A stretch of 63,098 nucleotides of DNA, filler included, from an uncultured bacterium (GTDB taxonomy: Bacteria > Hinthialibacterota > Hinthialibacteria > Hinthialibacterales > Hinthialibacteraceae): NCBI GenBank assembly GCA_964449065.1. It is 3 parts of 3 records of this genome, joined end to end, with 100 filler letters (N's around TTAATTAATTAA, not from the genome) between each part and the next. Parts side by side here need not be neighbours in the genome. Positions count along the whole stretch, not along the records: positions 1 to 21,191 come from CAYVAZ010000048.1; positions 21,292 to 42,459 come from CAYVAZ010000049.1; 1 more part is not named here. One strand, given 5' to 3'. Below, piece by piece: positions 18,005 through 30,115 of the stretch. The notes beneath the pieces were generated by a model, which was not told the origin of the DNA, did not search any database, and saw nothing but the letters and a program-made list of their open reading frames with translations. How positions within the stretch are numbered: the stretch's first letter is position 1; each line of letters begins with the position of its first letter. Both the position numbers and the translations under genes were made by a program.

Positions 18005-19858
18005 ATGAGCAATTTTCTATTCGGCGTATGGCAGTTTTTTGTAGTGTGGCAACTGGGATTTTTTCTCGTACGCCGCCTGCATCTTGATCTCCCATTGGGA
18101 TACCGCGCCGCACTGGCGTTTGGGTTGGGTGAGGTTGTGTTTTCGTATACCTATTTCGCGCTGGGGATGGTGGGTGGTTTGCGGTTTTGGGTGTTGGTGC
18201 CGCTGCATGGAATTGTTTTTGTTGCGCTCTTGCCTTTGACGGTGGGGATTTTTTACAATCATGCTTCCATTGTTTATCCCATACTCAAACGCAATCCGTT
18301 GACCTCGCTTGTGATTGCGTTTGTGCTGTTGATTTATACGCTGGGGGCTTGTGTGCCAGAGCGGGAGGTGGATTCGCTGTGGTATCATCTTGCCGTGCCG
18401 CTGCATTACCTTACGCATGGCGGCTTTATTCAACTCGTGCCCTTCAATATGCCATCGCATTACCCGATGAATGTGCATTTGCATTTTTGTTTGTCATTGC
18501 TGATCGGCAATGATACAACCGTGAAGGTGTTTATCCTTTGCCATTTCATTCCGGTTTTGATTTTGCTTTGGTCGGTGGTGAACCGCTATGCCGCGGCGAG
18601 GTGGGGGCTGTTTGCGGTTGCGGTGTATTTGTGCTGTCTGCACTTTCGGCTGCCGGTGATGGCAAACGTGCAGCGGGCGGTGTATTTTTATGTGTTTCTT
18701 TCCTACGCGTTGTTGTGGATGTTTTTTGAAACCCGCAACCGAAACGTTTTCTGGATTGCGGCTATTTTTTGCGGGATGGCGATGGGGACGAAGTTTAACG
18801 GCATCTTGTTTGGGTATGTGGGACAGTGGCTGCTTATCCTGGTTTGGATCATCTTTTTCTGCCATATCAAACGCACTCATGCCTTTATGCTTTGGTGCGG
18901 CCATACATTGATTGCGTGGTTGATGATGAGCCCGTGGTTGATGAAATCATTTGTATATACCGGCAATCCGCTTTATCCGATGCTGGGGGGGCTGGTTCCC
19001 ACTCAAGAGCATTTTGTGCCGGCGATGCAGTCGAACGCCAACAATCATGGGCTCAATATTTTGAAGTCGGATACGATGGGTGAATTCTTCGGGCAGATAG
19101 CGGTCAATATCAACTGGCTGCTTTACAACGCGGATTTAATTTTCTTTTTGGGGTTCGTTTCGCTGGTATTGGTAACGCTGATCCCCCATCCCAATAAGCG
19201 GTATCCGGTCTTGAGCGGCTGGATCGCGTATGTGCTGTTCACGCTGTTGTGGGGATCGGATATCGCGCGGTTGTTTGCGGTGAACTATGGCGTGATTGTT
19301 TTGCTGACCGCGATGAATGTGAAATGGATCCATGAGTATCCCCATGTGAAACCGTACATGAAAACCATCCTGTATTGGCTGATTGTGGGGGGACTGCTGA
19401 TTACGTTTGTTCGGGAGAAATATACCTATCTGAGCAGTCCGAATATCCGCTGGTTTGGAGGCGTATATCTGAGTGAAGAAGCGCGTTATGAGTGGCTGAC
19501 TGAGCGGGAGATATTCACGCCGGAGTTGTTTCGGATGAAAAAGTGGATCGCCAAAAATCTTGATCCAGAAGAAGAATTGTACGGTTACCGCACGGGGTAT
19601 TTGTTTTATCTGGACCGGAAATACATCGTAAGTGGGGCGCACTTTAAGCCTCAAGTCGATAAATGGCTGGAGCAAGGTTTGGAATATACCCGCCGGCAAT
19701 TTGAAGAATTGGGGATCAACTATCTGCTGTATGCACCGACCGGGAAAGGTGTTTCGACTAATCCACATCCGCGCGTCAATGAATTTCTAAACGGATATTG
19801 CAAGCTCATTCACCGGGAAGATGATTTGCAACTGTACCGGATATTGCCGAATCCGTGA
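18005..19858 (+). CDS. GT-C-type polytopic membrane protein (putative glycosyltransferase)
   Basis: DSLWYHL and TGNPLYP motifs; many TM helices. Confidence 0.65.
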   Translation: MSNFLFGVWQFFVVWQLGFFLVRRLHLDLPLGYRAALAFGLGEVVFSYTYFALGMVGGLRFWVLVPLHGIVFVALLPLTVGIFYNHASIVYPILKRNPLTSLVIAFVLLIYTLGACVPEREVDSLWYHLAVPLHYLTHGGFIQLVPFNMPSHYPMNVHLHFCLSLLIGNDTTVKVFILCHFIPVLILLWSVVNRYAAARWGLFAVAVYLCCLHFRLPVMANVQRAVYFYVFLSYALLWMFFETRNRNVFWIAAIFCGMAMGTKFNGILFGYVGQWLLILVWIIFFCHIKRTHAFMLWCGHTLIAWLMMSPWLMKSFVYTGNPLYPMLGGLVPTQEHFVPAMQSNANNHGLNILKSDTMGEFFGQIAVNINWLLYNADLIFFLGFVSLVLVTLIPHPNKRYPVLSGWIAYVLFTLLWGSDIARLFAVNYGVIVLLTAMNVKWIHEYPHVKPYMKTILYWLIVGGLLITFVREKYTYLSSPNIRWFGGVYLSEEARYEWLTEREIFTPELFRMKKWIAKNLDPEEELYGYRTGYLFYLDRKYIVSGAHFKPQVDKWLEQGLEYTRRQFEELGINYLLYAPTGKGVSTNPHPRVNEFLNGYCKLIHREDDLQLYRILPNP

Positions 19859-19969
19859 GATGCGTGTAGGAATGGTGCAATGGTGAAAAGAAGAACGATT
19901 AGGATATTGTTAGGAGCACGGGTATGATATAATAGAAGAATCTATCATTTTCTTGGGGAAGGAAAAAAA

Positions 19970-20590
19970 ATGAAACAAGCGGGATTTACATTGATTGAGT
20001 TGTTAATCGTTGTAGCCATTATAGGAATTCTGGCGGCGATTGCCGTGCCGAACTTTTTAAACGCGCAATTGCGCGCGCGGGTTGCCCGTGTGGTATCGGA
20101 TATGAAGGCGCTTTCGATAGCGCAAGAGCAGTACCGTATTGACAATAATCAATATACCTACGATGGCGATTGCGGGGTGGGGCAGGCAGAGCATTTGTCT
20201 TATGTGCCGCTTACGACTCCGGTTTCATACATTGCCAGTATTCCCGAAGACACGTTTGCGGGAATTGATCCGGAGTTTGAGAACCGGCAGACCGTGAGGA
20301 CGGGATTAAGGCCTGTGTTTGAGTATACATCCCGGGTATCGTTTGGTCCGGACGGGACACCCAACTGCAAGGATACCGATGCGACCTTTAACACGCTGGG
20401 GCGAATTGGCGTGGAGTATTTGATGACGTCGCTGGGACCGGATGGGGATCAGGATTTTCCGTGGAGTGTGCAGGCCTATCAGGATGTAGCGGCCAAGCAC
20501 GGCGAGTGGGTGTATGAGACCACGAACGGATTGACGTCGAGCGGGAATATTTACGTGCTCAACAGCCAGATTGTCGGGGCGGGAAATTAG
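19970..20590 (+). CDS. Prepilin-type N-terminal cleavage/methylation domain protein
   Basis: MKQAG^FTLIELLIVVAIIGILAAIAVP class III signal. Confidence 0.9.
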   Translation: MKQAGFTLIELLIVVAIIGILAAIAVPNFLNAQLRARVARVVSDMKALSIAQEQYRIDNNQYTYDGDCGVGQAEHLSYVPLTTPVSYIASIPEDTFAGIDPEFENRQTVRTGLRPVFEYTSRVSFGPDGTPNCKDTDATFNTLGRIGVEYLMTSLGPDGDQDFPWSVQAYQDVAAKHGEWVYETTNGLTSSGNIYVLNSQIVGAGN

Positions 20591-20923
20591 TGGAAGAGTT
20601 TAACTTTAAAATGGATCCAGGAAGAAGATGTTGTTGTTCTCTCGTTTAATAAGGGGGAGTGACACCGTAGGTACCGGGGGATTGTTGTGTGTTATTGCTC
20701 TGATTGATCGATCTCCCGGGGCGACAACGGCGAATATGATCTATCCAATCTTGAAAGGCTCTAAGCATACAACCGGATTGAGATGAACGGATTGACGCAC
20801 CAACTGAAAGCCGATGCTCTCCGGTTGTGTACGCGGAGTAACCCAAATAGAAAAGACCATAGAGCTAGTGTTTGACGTATAGTGATTGCCAAAAAGGTGT
20901 TCTGATTTAATCGAGGTACTTCT

Positions 20924-20948
20924 GGCTCGGCGGGAGCCTCGCCCTCCC
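20924..20948 (+). repeat. REP-like palindrome (copy of 8861-8885)
   Basis: Exact 25-mer match. Confidence 0.85.
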
Positions 20949-21191
20949 CAAGCGAAAACACTTTATGAGATCTGCTAAAAAAGATTTGGCCGATAACTAA
21001 AACCATTTTTCAAGCAGTAATTAACCATTATACCATTAGCAAATAGAAACGTTCTCTAAGAATGAAGGAACGGAAAATGTTTTACGGAAAATGCTTTTTA
21101 GTAATAGGTCAGCCACTTGAAGAGAAATTCCCCCTTCCAAAGGTGGGAGGGGTTAGGGGAGGGTTTGAAGCATTGAGCGTTTAACCCCCAC

Positions 21192-21291
21192 NNNNNNNNN
21201 NNNNNNNNNNNNNNNNNNNNNNNNNNNNNNNNNNNTTAATTAATTAANNNNNNNNNNNNNNNNNNNNNNNNNNNNNNNNNNNNNNNNNNNN
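21192..21291. other. Scaffold gap with artificial TTAATTAATTAA linker
   Basis: N run with an all-frame stop linker. Confidence 0.95.
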
Positions 21292-21395
21292 AGGGAGAAG
21301 ACGATAGACATTGCGTTTGACTTAGAATAGTTGGCTCACAACAAAACCCATTTTTCAAGCAATCGTCAATCATTGATTGCGTAACATCAGTTAAA

Positions 21396-22778
21396 CTAAA
21401 ACAACTCTACACATCCATAGCGCATGGTCAGATCATGCTGGCCAAAAACATCCAAACGGTTTGACGGCTCATTCCCCGCCCGCACGGTAGCGGTAAAGAA
21501 GTTGGTAAACGGCACCTCAAACGGCACCGGTTTTCTTTTCCCAACAGCCCCATCAAAATGCATTTCTTGAATGAAGTTCCCTGCAACCGGTTCATCATCA
21601 ACCGTCCCGCTGGCGTAATAAAACACAAACAAGCGGTTACCTTCCGATATATGAAAGCGCGCTGCGCTGGGCACCAAACCGCTCTGCCCTTCGTTTCGTT
21701 CCGCAATCGTTGTACGTTCGATTACCATCCCATCGTTGACGATTGCCATTTCCAGCGAATGCCGCTGTTTAGCATTCGGGAAGAATTTATCCCGCAGCCG
21801 TTCATCAATGGCGCGTTCCGTCCACAGCACAAACACGCGGCCGTCATCGTGCACATACATATCCCACGGTGTAATCCACCCCGCGGTTTTGTCGCGGCTG
21901 GCAATTTCCACCCACTCATGAAACTCCCCGGTGGTGATGTCATCGCTCCAGGTAAAGAACAATCGCCGGAAGTCATAATCCCACTTTTGCCCCGTTAATT
22001 CATGCTTAAACCCGCGCCATTCATCGTACGGCTCAATGATATCACTCACCCCGGCAAAAAAGACATTCCGGTCTTGCAGTGCAACCGCCGGATAGCACAA
22101 CCGCACCGGCTGCGGTTTGTCATACTCTTCTTCAAACGGCCATTTTAATTGCCCGCTGGCAGACCATTCCCCGTTCTCATCCCGGAACGACCACTCCGCG
22201 TGGCCATAGCCGATGTTCTGCATCAACAGCAACTCGCCGCGCTTGCCGTCGGCGACGAAGGTGCGGTACGAATGCTCGGTAAATTCCGGCTCGCCATCCC
22301 ATTTCGGCAAAAGCGTATCCGGCTTTTGGTTGATCTGTTCCGCATCAAACTGCAATACCTTTGGTTCCGCCGGCCCGTTGTAGGCGTCCGGCTCCGTCAA
22401 TGTCGGGTTGATGGAATAAAAAATGTTCCCTTCCCGGTCTCTTGCAACCGGGCCGGGTTCGCGGGTACGCCCCTTCCCCCGAAACACTTGTTCCCACCCG
22501 CCCGGCGTTCTCGCAAACAGCAACGGCAGGCAATTGTTCAAGGGTTTCCACTCGGTCACGGTTTCCAATCCGCTGGCAAACACTTCATCCCCAATCCGCA
22601 CAATGCAGGTATTGCCCCGGCACCACATCGGCCCCGAACCGTTATCCGGCGGCTCAAACGAATACACCACCTCTTCCGCGATTACGGCAGGGTTCAACGG
22701 CTGTGTGTATCCAACGTGTACGGCAAATAATATAGCCGCGCCAAGCACTTGAATCTGCATGATTCTTGAACGGGTCAT
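21396..22778 (-). CDS. Secreted hypothetical protein (beta-propeller/BNR-like)
   Basis: 460-aa ORF with a signal peptide; Trp/Gly-rich. Confidence 0.7.
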   Translation of the reverse strand: MTRSRIMQIQVLGAAILFAVHVGYTQPLNPAVIAEEVVYSFEPPDNGSGPMWCRGNTCIVRIGDEVFASGLETVTEWKPLNNCLPLLFARTPGGWEQVFRGKGRTREPGPVARDREGNIFYSINPTLTEPDAYNGPAEPKVLQFDAEQINQKPDTLLPKWDGEPEFTEHSYRTFVADGKRGELLLMQNIGYGHAEWSFRDENGEWSASGQLKWPFEEEYDKPQPVRLCYPAVALQDRNVFFAGVSDIIEPYDEWRGFKHELTGQKWDYDFRRLFFTWSDDITTGEFHEWVEIASRDKTAGWITPWDMYVHDDGRVFVLWTERAIDERLRDKFFPNAKQRHSLEMAIVNDGMVIERTTIAERNEGQSGLVPSAARFHISEGNRLFVFYYASGTVDDEPVAGNFIQEMHFDGAVGKRKPVPFEVPFTNFFTATVRAGNEPSNRLDVFGQHDLTMRYGCVELF

Positions 22779-22870
22779 CGAACAATTCCTTCCTCATCCC
22801 ATACAACATACCGGATTCTTTTGATATTATATTTGCATAATTGCCGATTTGAGGAAAGTACGAAAACCGT

Positions 22871-25800
22871 ATGAAGTGGATTGTTCATTTATTCAAATTA
22901 CCGATTCATAGTATCCGCATACCAAGAAGAATATACGCCTGGATTGCGGTATATGGTATTGTATTTGTATGCCCGCTATCATCATCTGCGATTGAATCCC
23001 CCAGCGAACTTTTCGAAAAGAAAGTCTTCCCTCTCTTAAAAACCAACTGCTTTGAATGCCACGGCCAGGAGGTCCAGCACGGCGAGCTGCGCTTGGATGC
23101 AAAAAGCGTCGTCCTTAAAGGCGGCAAACACGGCCCCGCCGTCGTCGCGGGCAAACCGGATCAAAGTGTTCTTTTGCAACGCCTCACTTCAGGCAATGAA
23201 CAACTGCGAATGCCCTTAGGCAAAGAACCGCTTAAACCGGAAGAGATCGAATGGATTCGCTCCTGGATCAATCAGGGAGCGCCTTGGCCCGACAATATTG
23301 GTGAATCCGTCAAGTCAATCGAAAAGCATTGGGCCTTTATACCGCCTGCTAAACCCGAACCACCAAAAACGCAAAACAATGACTGGATCAAAAATCCCAT
23401 CGATGCCTTTGTTTTGGATAAGATGCGGCAAGAAGGGTTTTCCCCTTCTCCAAAAGCAGAGCGTAAGAAGTTAATCCGCCGCATGTATTTGGATACCATC
23501 GGCCTGCCGCCGAATTTGGAGGAGTTAGACAAATACACAAACGATCGCCGGCCGGATTGGGACCGGCATCTTATCAACGATTTACTCGCGTCTCCCCACT
23601 ACGGCGAAAAGTGGGCGCGCCATTGGCTGGATGCGGTACGCTATGCCGACACCAACGGCTACGAAAAAGACCGCCCCCGCGAAATTTGGGCCTACCGCGA
23701 TTATGTGATTGATTCCTTGAACCAAGACAAACCCTTCGACCAATTCACCATCGAACAAATCGCCGGAGACCTGCTGCCCAACGCCGGGTTGGATCAACTG
23801 GTCGCCACCGGATACCACCGCAACACCATGCACAATGAAGAAGGCGGCGTGGATGTCGAAGAGTTCCGCTTTGAATCCATCGTTGACCGCGTCAGCACCA
23901 CGTCAACCGTCTTTTTGGGATTAACCGTTGCCTGCGCCCAATGCCACACCCACAAATACGACCCCATCACCCAAAAAGAATACTATCAATTCTTCGCCTA
24001 CTTTAACAATTGTGATGAAGTTAAAGTCAAAATCCCCGATGACGAAGTGGACAAAGAACGCCGCAAAGTCAAACAAAGCATTCAATCGTATCTGGCTAAA
24101 TTGGATGACCGGTTCCCACCATTTAATTTTGATGATCAGTGGATATCAGATGAAGATCATCCACCAAAATCAAACAACCTCAGACTGCAATCGCACTTTT
24201 ATGAATGGCTGCACCAAAAGCGCAAACACGCGGTCGAGTGGCTTTCGTTGCAACCACAAACAATGGATGCGGAAAATCATACCCTGCTCAAAACACTGCC
24301 GGATCAATCCATCCTGGCGTATGGCGATATGCCCAATAGCGATGTCTACACCGTCACCTTTGATTCTCCCATTCAAACAATTTCGGCATTCAAACTCTCC
24401 ATGCTGCGGCATCCCGATTTGCCCGGCGACGGCCCCGGACGCGGCACCGTTCTGCAAGACGGCAACTTCATGCTCAGCGAAATCAAAGCCGAAATCGTAT
24501 CCGGTGGCGAAGTGATACGAAACGCAACATTCGCATCCGCCAAAGCCACCACCCACGCCAAAAACGCCACCGCCGGCAACGCCATCGATAACAACCGCAA
24601 CACCGGCTGGTCGATCCAAAAACACCCACTCAAGTTATATCAAGCCCTATTCAATTTAGAAGAACCCATTCATCTAAATTCCAATGAGCATCTCCGCGTA
24701 ACGTTTGATCAAAACTACATCCACACCTATACGATGGGGCGATTCCGCCTCAGCGTTTCCAATCAATCAACCACGCAGCCCACCGGCTTGCCGGATGCGT
24801 TAGAATCAATCCTTCACGCAAAGCGTAAATTAAACGAAAGCGAAATATCCCTGCTGCGCTTTCACTTTCTATTGGATACACCGGAGTTGGATGAGCAGCA
24901 TAAAGAACTCGCGTCTCTTATCGATTCCATGCCTTCCTACCCAACTTCCCTTATCGTTAAGCAGCGTGATGTTCCGCGCGCCACCAAACTCCATCACCGG
25001 GGTGAATATTTGCAGCCGCGGGATCCGGTCAAGCCGGGTGTGGTTTCCGTACTGCATCCGATCGAAGAAATACCCGAATCCGAACCGCCCCGCCTGCGGT
25101 TGGCAAAATGGATCGTCAGCAAAGACAACCCCCTCACCGCGCGCGTCACCGTCAACCGCGTCTGGATGCGCTATTTCGGGCGTGGATTGGTGGAAACCGT
25201 CGATGACTTCGGCACGCGCGGCAGCAAACCGTCTCATCCCGAACTGCTCGATTGGCTTGCCGTCGAGTTCATGAACAACGGCTGGAGCATGAAACACATC
25301 CACCGTTTAATTCTTACATCGTCTACTTATCAGCAATCATCAAAAGTCAATCCGCAATTGTTGGAGAACGATCCAAACAACGAATGGTATGCCCGGGGAC
25401 CCCGCTTCCGTTTGGATGGCGAACTCATTCGCGATGTTGCCCTCTCCGTGAGCGGATTGCTGCACGGGAAAATCGGCGGCCCCAGCGTCTTCCCTCCCCT
25501 GCCGGACGGCTTGGGCGCGCTCTCATACGGCGGTCTCAAATGGTACACCGACACGGATGAAAACCGCTACCGGCGCGGCCTTTACACCTACTGGAAGCGC
25601 ACCAATCCCTACCCCATGCTCACCACATTTGACGCCCCGCCCGCCGATACCGCGTGTGTAAGACGCAACCGGTCCAACACACCCTTACAGGCACTTACTC
25701 TTTTGAATGACACCGTGTTCTTAGAAGCGTCTCAAGCGCTCGCGTACCGCGTACTCACAGAAGCCGAGGGGACATTATCCGACAAACTGCGCTACGCGTT

Positions 25801-26020
25801 TGAACTCTGCACAGCCCGCCAACCCACCAGAGACGAAGCCGGATCACTGCTGCGCTATTACGGCAAACAGTACCTGCGCATCCATCGGGGAGAAATCCAA
25901 CCGGCCGCGGACCCCATCCAAGCAATTGATCTGGAAGATATAGACCCAACCCAATGGCGCGCCTGGACGATGCTCGCGCGCGTTTTGTTAAACCTGGACG
26001 AAACCATTACGAAAGAGTAA
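22871..26020 (+). CDS. Planctomycete cytochrome c + DUF1549/DUF1553 (PSD1) protein
   Basis: CFECH, HWAF, WLDAVRYADT, CAQCH, PSHPELLDWLA, NTPLQAL motifs. Confidence 0.9.
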   Translation: MKWIVHLFKLPIHSIRIPRRIYAWIAVYGIVFVCPLSSSAIESPSELFEKKVFPLLKTNCFECHGQEVQHGELRLDAKSVVLKGGKHGPAVVAGKPDQSVLLQRLTSGNEQLRMPLGKEPLKPEEIEWIRSWINQGAPWPDNIGESVKSIEKHWAFIPPAKPEPPKTQNNDWIKNPIDAFVLDKMRQEGFSPSPKAERKKLIRRMYLDTIGLPPNLEELDKYTNDRRPDWDRHLINDLLASPHYGEKWARHWLDAVRYADTNGYEKDRPREIWAYRDYVIDSLNQDKPFDQFTIEQIAGDLLPNAGLDQLVATGYHRNTMHNEEGGVDVEEFRFESIVDRVSTTSTVFLGLTVACAQCHTHKYDPITQKEYYQFFAYFNNCDEVKVKIPDDEVDKERRKVKQSIQSYLAKLDDRFPPFNFDDQWISDEDHPPKSNNLRLQSHFYEWLHQKRKHAVEWLSLQPQTMDAENHTLLKTLPDQSILAYGDMPNSDVYTVTFDSPIQTISAFKLSMLRHPDLPGDGPGRGTVLQDGNFMLSEIKAEIVSGGEVIRNATFASAKATTHAKNATAGNAIDNNRNTGWSIQKHPLKLYQALFNLEEPIHLNSNEHLRVTFDQNYIHTYTMGRFRLSVSNQSTTQPTGLPDALESILHAKRKLNESEISLLRFHFLLDTPELDEQHKELASLIDSMPSYPTSLIVKQRDVPRATKLHHRGEYLQPRDPVKPGVVSVLHPIEEIPESEPPRLRLAKWIVSKDNPLTARVTVNRVWMRYFGRGLVETVDDFGTRGSKPSHPELLDWLAVEFMNNGWSMKHIHRLILTSSTYQQSSKVNPQLLENDPNNEWYARGPRFRLDGELIRDVALSVSGLLHGKIGGPSVFPPLPDGLGALSYGGLKWYTDTDENRYRRGLYTYWKRTNPYPMLTTFDAPPADTACVRRNRSNTPLQALTLLNDTVFLEASQALAYRVLTEAEGTLSDKLRYAFELCTARQPTRDEAGSLLRYYGKQYLRIHRGEIQPAADPIQAIDLEDIDPTQWRAWTMLARVLLNLDETITKE

Positions 26021-26023
26021 ACC

Positions 26024-27478
26024 ATGAATCCACTGCTGGAAGAACTACGCTGCCAAAACGAAACCCACGCCCTGACCCGCCGCCACTTTTTTGAAGACTG
26101 CGGGGTGGGCATCGGCAAAATCGCGCTGGCCTCCATGCTGACCAATGCTATGACACGCTCTGCAACCGCGGAAATTGACAACCCGATGGCGGTCAAACCG
26201 CCGCATTATGAGGCGAAGATCGATCACGTTATCTTTCTTTTTATGGCCGGCGCGCCCAGCCAGTTGGATTTATTCACCCCCAAACCCGCGCTCAATAAAC
26301 ACGACGGCAAACCCATCCCGCAAGAAATCGTCAAAGACCAACGCTATGCCTTCATCAACCGTGATGCCTCGCTTATGTCCTCCCGCTTCTCATTCAAAAA
26401 GTGCGGGCAAAGCGGGGTGGAGCTTTCCGAAGTGATCCCCCATTTGCATGAAGTCGCCGACGAACTGGTCTTTATCCATTCGATGACCACCCATCAGTTC
26501 AACCACGCCCCCGCGCAAATCTTTATGAGCACCGGCGCGCCACAATTGGGACGCCCCAGCATGGGCTCGTGGGTCACCTACGGACTTGGCAGCGAAGCCG
26601 ATGACCTGCCGGGGTATGTGGTGTTAAGTTCCGGCAGCGGCACCAGCGGCGGGGCCGCCAACTGGGGCTGCGGCTTTTTGCCGACCATCTACCAAGGCGT
26701 CCCGTTCCGATCCAAAGGCGATCCCATCCTCAATATCTCCAATCCCGATGGAGTCGATGATACCGCCCAGCGTGACACGCTGGATGTCATCAACAGCCTC
26801 AATCAAAAACACTACCAACGCACCGGCGACCCCGAAATCGCCGGCCGCATCAGCAACTACGAACTCGCCTACCGCATGCAGGCGCGCGCTCCCGAACTGA
26901 TCGACCTCTCACAAGAAAGCGAACAAACCCTGGCGATGTACGGCGCGGAACCCGGCAAAGCGTCCTTCGCCAACAACTGCCTACTGGCCCGGCGTTTGGT
27001 CGAACGCGGCGTCCGCTTTATCAGTTGTTTTCATGAAGGGTGGGATCACCACAGCAATGTCTTTGGCGGCTTAAAACAGCAATGCGGCCAAACCGATCAA
27101 CCCTCCGCCGCGTTAATTAAAGATTTGAAACATAGAGGATTACTGGATCGAACTCTTGTTATTTGGGGGGGCGAGTTTGGACGCACGCCCATGGTTGAAA
27201 GCAACGCGGCACTCGGCCGCAGCATGGGGCGTGACCATCATCCGCAAGCGTTCACCATGTGGATGGCGGGCGGCGGTCTAAAAAAAGGCGTCCAACTCGG
27301 CAAAACAGATGAACTCGGTTTTCACATTACCGAAAACACTGTTCACGTCCATGATTTGCAAGCGACCATTCTGCACTTGCTTGGCCTCAATCATCTCGAA
27401 CTGACCTACCGCTTCAAAGGCCGTGATTTCCGCCTGACCGATGTCGGGGGCAATCTGATCCAGCCCATTTTGGCGTAA
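26024..27478 (+). CDS. DUF1501 domain protein (Tat-exported)
   Basis: TRRHFF twin-arginine; GAPSQLD, GWDHH, GEFGRTP, GRDH. Confidence 0.9.
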   Translation: MNPLLEELRCQNETHALTRRHFFEDCGVGIGKIALASMLTNAMTRSATAEIDNPMAVKPPHYEAKIDHVIFLFMAGAPSQLDLFTPKPALNKHDGKPIPQEIVKDQRYAFINRDASLMSSRFSFKKCGQSGVELSEVIPHLHEVADELVFIHSMTTHQFNHAPAQIFMSTGAPQLGRPSMGSWVTYGLGSEADDLPGYVVLSSGSGTSGGAANWGCGFLPTIYQGVPFRSKGDPILNISNPDGVDDTAQRDTLDVINSLNQKHYQRTGDPEIAGRISNYELAYRMQARAPELIDLSQESEQTLAMYGAEPGKASFANNCLLARRLVERGVRFISCFHEGWDHHSNVFGGLKQQCGQTDQPSAALIKDLKHRGLLDRTLVIWGGEFGRTPMVESNAALGRSMGRDHHPQAFTMWMAGGGLKKGVQLGKTDELGFHITENTVHVHDLQATILHLLGLNHLELTYRFKGRDFRLTDVGGNLIQPILA

Positions 27479-27484
27479 TACCAA

Positions 27485-28363
27485 TCACCCAAAGCGGCCG
27501 GCTATATAATCTTCCGTCTCGGTTAAATAAGGCGCCGAAAATATCGTCTCGGTGCTTCCATATTCAATCAAATGCCCCAAATACATAAACGCGGTGTAGT
27601 CGCTTACCCGTGAGGCCTGCTGCATGTTGTGCGTCACAATCAATATGGTATATTCCCCGCGCAGCTCATTGATCAGATTTTCAATCTTGCTGGTCGCGAT
27701 CGGGTCCAGCGCCGAACAGGGTTCATCCATTAGTAGCACTTCCGGCTCGGACGCAATCGCGCGAGCGATACACAGCCGTTGCTGCTGCCCGCCCGAAAGC
27801 CCCAACGCGCTTTGATGCAAGCGGTCATGGGTTTCTTCCCATATCGCCGCACCGCGCAGGCTCTGTTCGCAAATTTCCTTTAACACCGTTTTGTTGCGTT
27901 CCCCCGCAATGCGCAGCGGGTACACCACGTTCTCAAAAATGCTCTTCGGAAACGGGTTCGATTTTTGAAACACCATCCCCATCCGTTTGCGCAGTTCAAT
28001 CACATCCACACCCGGCCCGTATATCGAATCCCCGTTCAACAAAACTTCCCCTTCAATCCGAACCGAGTCGATCAGATCGTTCATCCGGTTCACCGAACGC
28101 AGCAACGTCGATTTTCCACACCCGGAGGGACCGATCAACGCCGTAACCTTCCCCTTCGGAATCGGCATGGAAATATCAAACAAGGCTTGGTCATCGCCAT
28201 ACCATAAATTAAAGTCGCGGATATGAATGGTTGAATCTTCCGCCTTCAATTCATCATGAATCAGCGCGCTAACCGGCTCACCGGCTTCAATTTTCTTAAA
28301 TACCGCGTTATTTTCTTTGGAGGATACGGGATTCGCACCCTCACCAAACCGGTTAATTACCAC
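27485..28363 (-). CDS. pstB: Phosphate ABC transporter ATPase
   Basis: [34 protein letters not shown] start with GGAG RBS. Confidence 0.95.
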   Translation of the reverse strand: MVINRFGEGANPVSSKENNAVFKKIEAGEPVSALIHDELKAEDSTIHIRDFNLWYGDDQALFDISMPIPKGKVTALIGPSGCGKSTLLRSVNRMNDLIDSVRIEGEVLLNGDSIYGPGVDVIELRKRMGMVFQKSNPFPKSIFENVVYPLRIAGERNKTVLKEICEQSLRGAAIWEETHDRLHQSALGLSGGQQQRLCIARAIASEPEVLLMDEPCSALDPIATSKIENLINELRGEYTILIVTHNMQQASRVSDYTAFMYLGHLIEYGSTETIFSAPYLTETEDYIAGRFG

Positions 28364-28376
28364 GCTTCTACTCCTA

Positions 28377-30101
28377 TTAAAATTGGCTTGCCACAAACCG
28401 TCTGTGCAGCAGTTTTCGCAGCCAAATCGCCAATAGATTTAAAGTGAAAATGATTAAGATCAACAGCAGCGTCGTCGTAAACACCATCGGAATCGCCGCT
28501 TCGCTGTTTTGGCTTTGAAATCCCAAATCGTAGATATGAAAGCCAAGATGCATAAAACTGCGTTCCGGATGAATGTATGGAAACACGCCATCCACCGGCA
28601 ATTCGGGAGCCAGTTTCACCGCGCCCACCAACATCAGCGGAGCCACCTCGCCCGCGCCGCGCGCCATCGCCAAAATCATTCCCGTCATAATTCCGGGCAG
28701 CGCGCGCGGCAACACAATGCGCTGAATGGTCTGCCATTTGCTCGCACCACAGGCATACGATCCATCCCGCATCGAATTCGGAACCGCAGCCAAGGCTTCT
28801 TCGGTTGCCACAATGACAACCGGCAAGGTGAGCAGAGCCAGAGTCAAAGACGACCACAACAACCCGCCTGTACCATACGTCGGGCTGGGAAGTTTGGCTT
28901 GAAAAAACAACTCATCGATCCCCACGCCAATAAAATAGCAGAAAAATCCCAAACCAAATACACCGTATACGATGCTGGGGACCCCGGCCAAATTGTTGAT
29001 CGCGATGCGTATCATGCTGATCATCGGGCCGGTTTTGGCGTATTCCCGTAAATACAATGCCGCCAACACCCCAAACGGAGCCACGGCAAACACCATAATC
29101 AACGTCATGGCCACCGTACCGAAGATGGCGGGATAGACGCCGCCTTCGCTGTTGGCTTCGCGCGGTTCGGCGGTTAAAAACTCCAACCAGCGCGAGCCGT
29201 ACACACTCCCCTGATCCATAAACGACAATTGATTGGCAGGATAGGCCCGCACGACATTTGCCAACGGAATTGTATGGCGTTCTCCGCTTCCCGTTAGAAA
29301 CGCCATAACATACTTGCGGTTTTCTTCATCCAGTTCATGAATCTTCGCCCGCAAACGCGAAAACTCTTGATTCCCCCATTCCTGAATGGCTGTATATTCC
29401 TGCTCCGCTTGTTGATATTCCGGAGAAGTCGGCCCATAGTCCAATTCCATTTGTTTGGCGTGCAACCGGGCGTGTTCGATTGTGGCGTTTACTTTGCCCA
29501 ATTGATTCCGTTCCAAGTCGCGAATTTCCGCCCGGCGCTCGCGCACACCGGGTTGATAGGTTTGATACGCCTCCCACACCCCTTGCGGAGTATTGGCTGT
29601 CTGTTCTCCTTCTATAAGAAACGATTGCGGAAATCCATAAAACCGCCCCCAGGACAACCGCTCCACCAACATAACCCATTCTGGATACGTTTCTTCTTCA
29701 ATCTCAAAGTCACTCACCCAATTATAATGTTCGCCGGTTAGATCATAATTCCCCGTCCGCACCAACCTCCGGTCACTCCATCCGCCGGACGCCTCCAACC
29801 GTTCTTGCAGGGATGGCAATCGCCCGTCCGGTATCTCTACGCTCTCAAGATTGGGCTTATATTTTTGATGCCGCGTGACTTCCCCTACATGCGTTTCCCC
29901 GCCATGCGTTTTGATTTGGACAACAGGGGCAGGCCAAAACGTGCTGAATCCTTCCCAAAATATCAACGCGAACAGTCCGGTAATCATTACAAGCGACACA
30001 ACCAAGGCCCCGCCGGTCAACCAAATCATCGGCTCTCCGTTGGAACTGATGGCCCGCCGCCGTGCCGGCCTTGAAGAAGATTGTACGGATTCTGTATTCA
30101 T
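28377..30101 (-). CDS. pstA: Phosphate ABC transporter permease (long form)
   Basis: [25 protein letters not shown]. Confidence 0.92.
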   Translation of the reverse strand: MNTESVQSSSRPARRRAISSNGEPMIWLTGGALVVSLVMITGLFALIFWEGFSTFWPAPVVQIKTHGGETHVGEVTRHQKYKPNLESVEIPDGRLPSLQERLEASGGWSDRRLVRTGNYDLTGEHYNWVSDFEIEEETYPEWVMLVERLSWGRFYGFPQSFLIEGEQTANTPQGVWEAYQTYQPGVRERRAEIRDLERNQLGKVNATIEHARLHAKQMELDYGPTSPEYQQAEQEYTAIQEWGNQEFSRLRAKIHELDEENRKYVMAFLTGSGERHTIPLANVVRAYPANQLSFMDQGSVYGSRWLEFLTAEPREANSEGGVYPAIFGTVAMTLIMVFAVAPFGVLAALYLREYAKTGPMISMIRIAINNLAGVPSIVYGVFGLGFFCYFIGVGIDELFFQAKLPSPTYGTGGLLWSSLTLALLTLPVVIVATEEALAAVPNSMRDGSYACGASKWQTIQRIVLPRALPGIMTGMILAMARGAGEVAPLMLVGAVKLAPELPVDGVFPYIHPERSFMHLGFHIYDLGFQSQNSEAAIPMVFTTTLLLILIIFTLNLLAIWLRKLLHRRFVASQF

Positions 30102-30115
30102 GCTCACCGTTTCAT

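Noticed and set aside
21236..21247. TTAATTAATTAA palindrome inside N runs (also near 42504)
   Set aside because: Artificial contig linker; adjacency across these gaps is not reliable.
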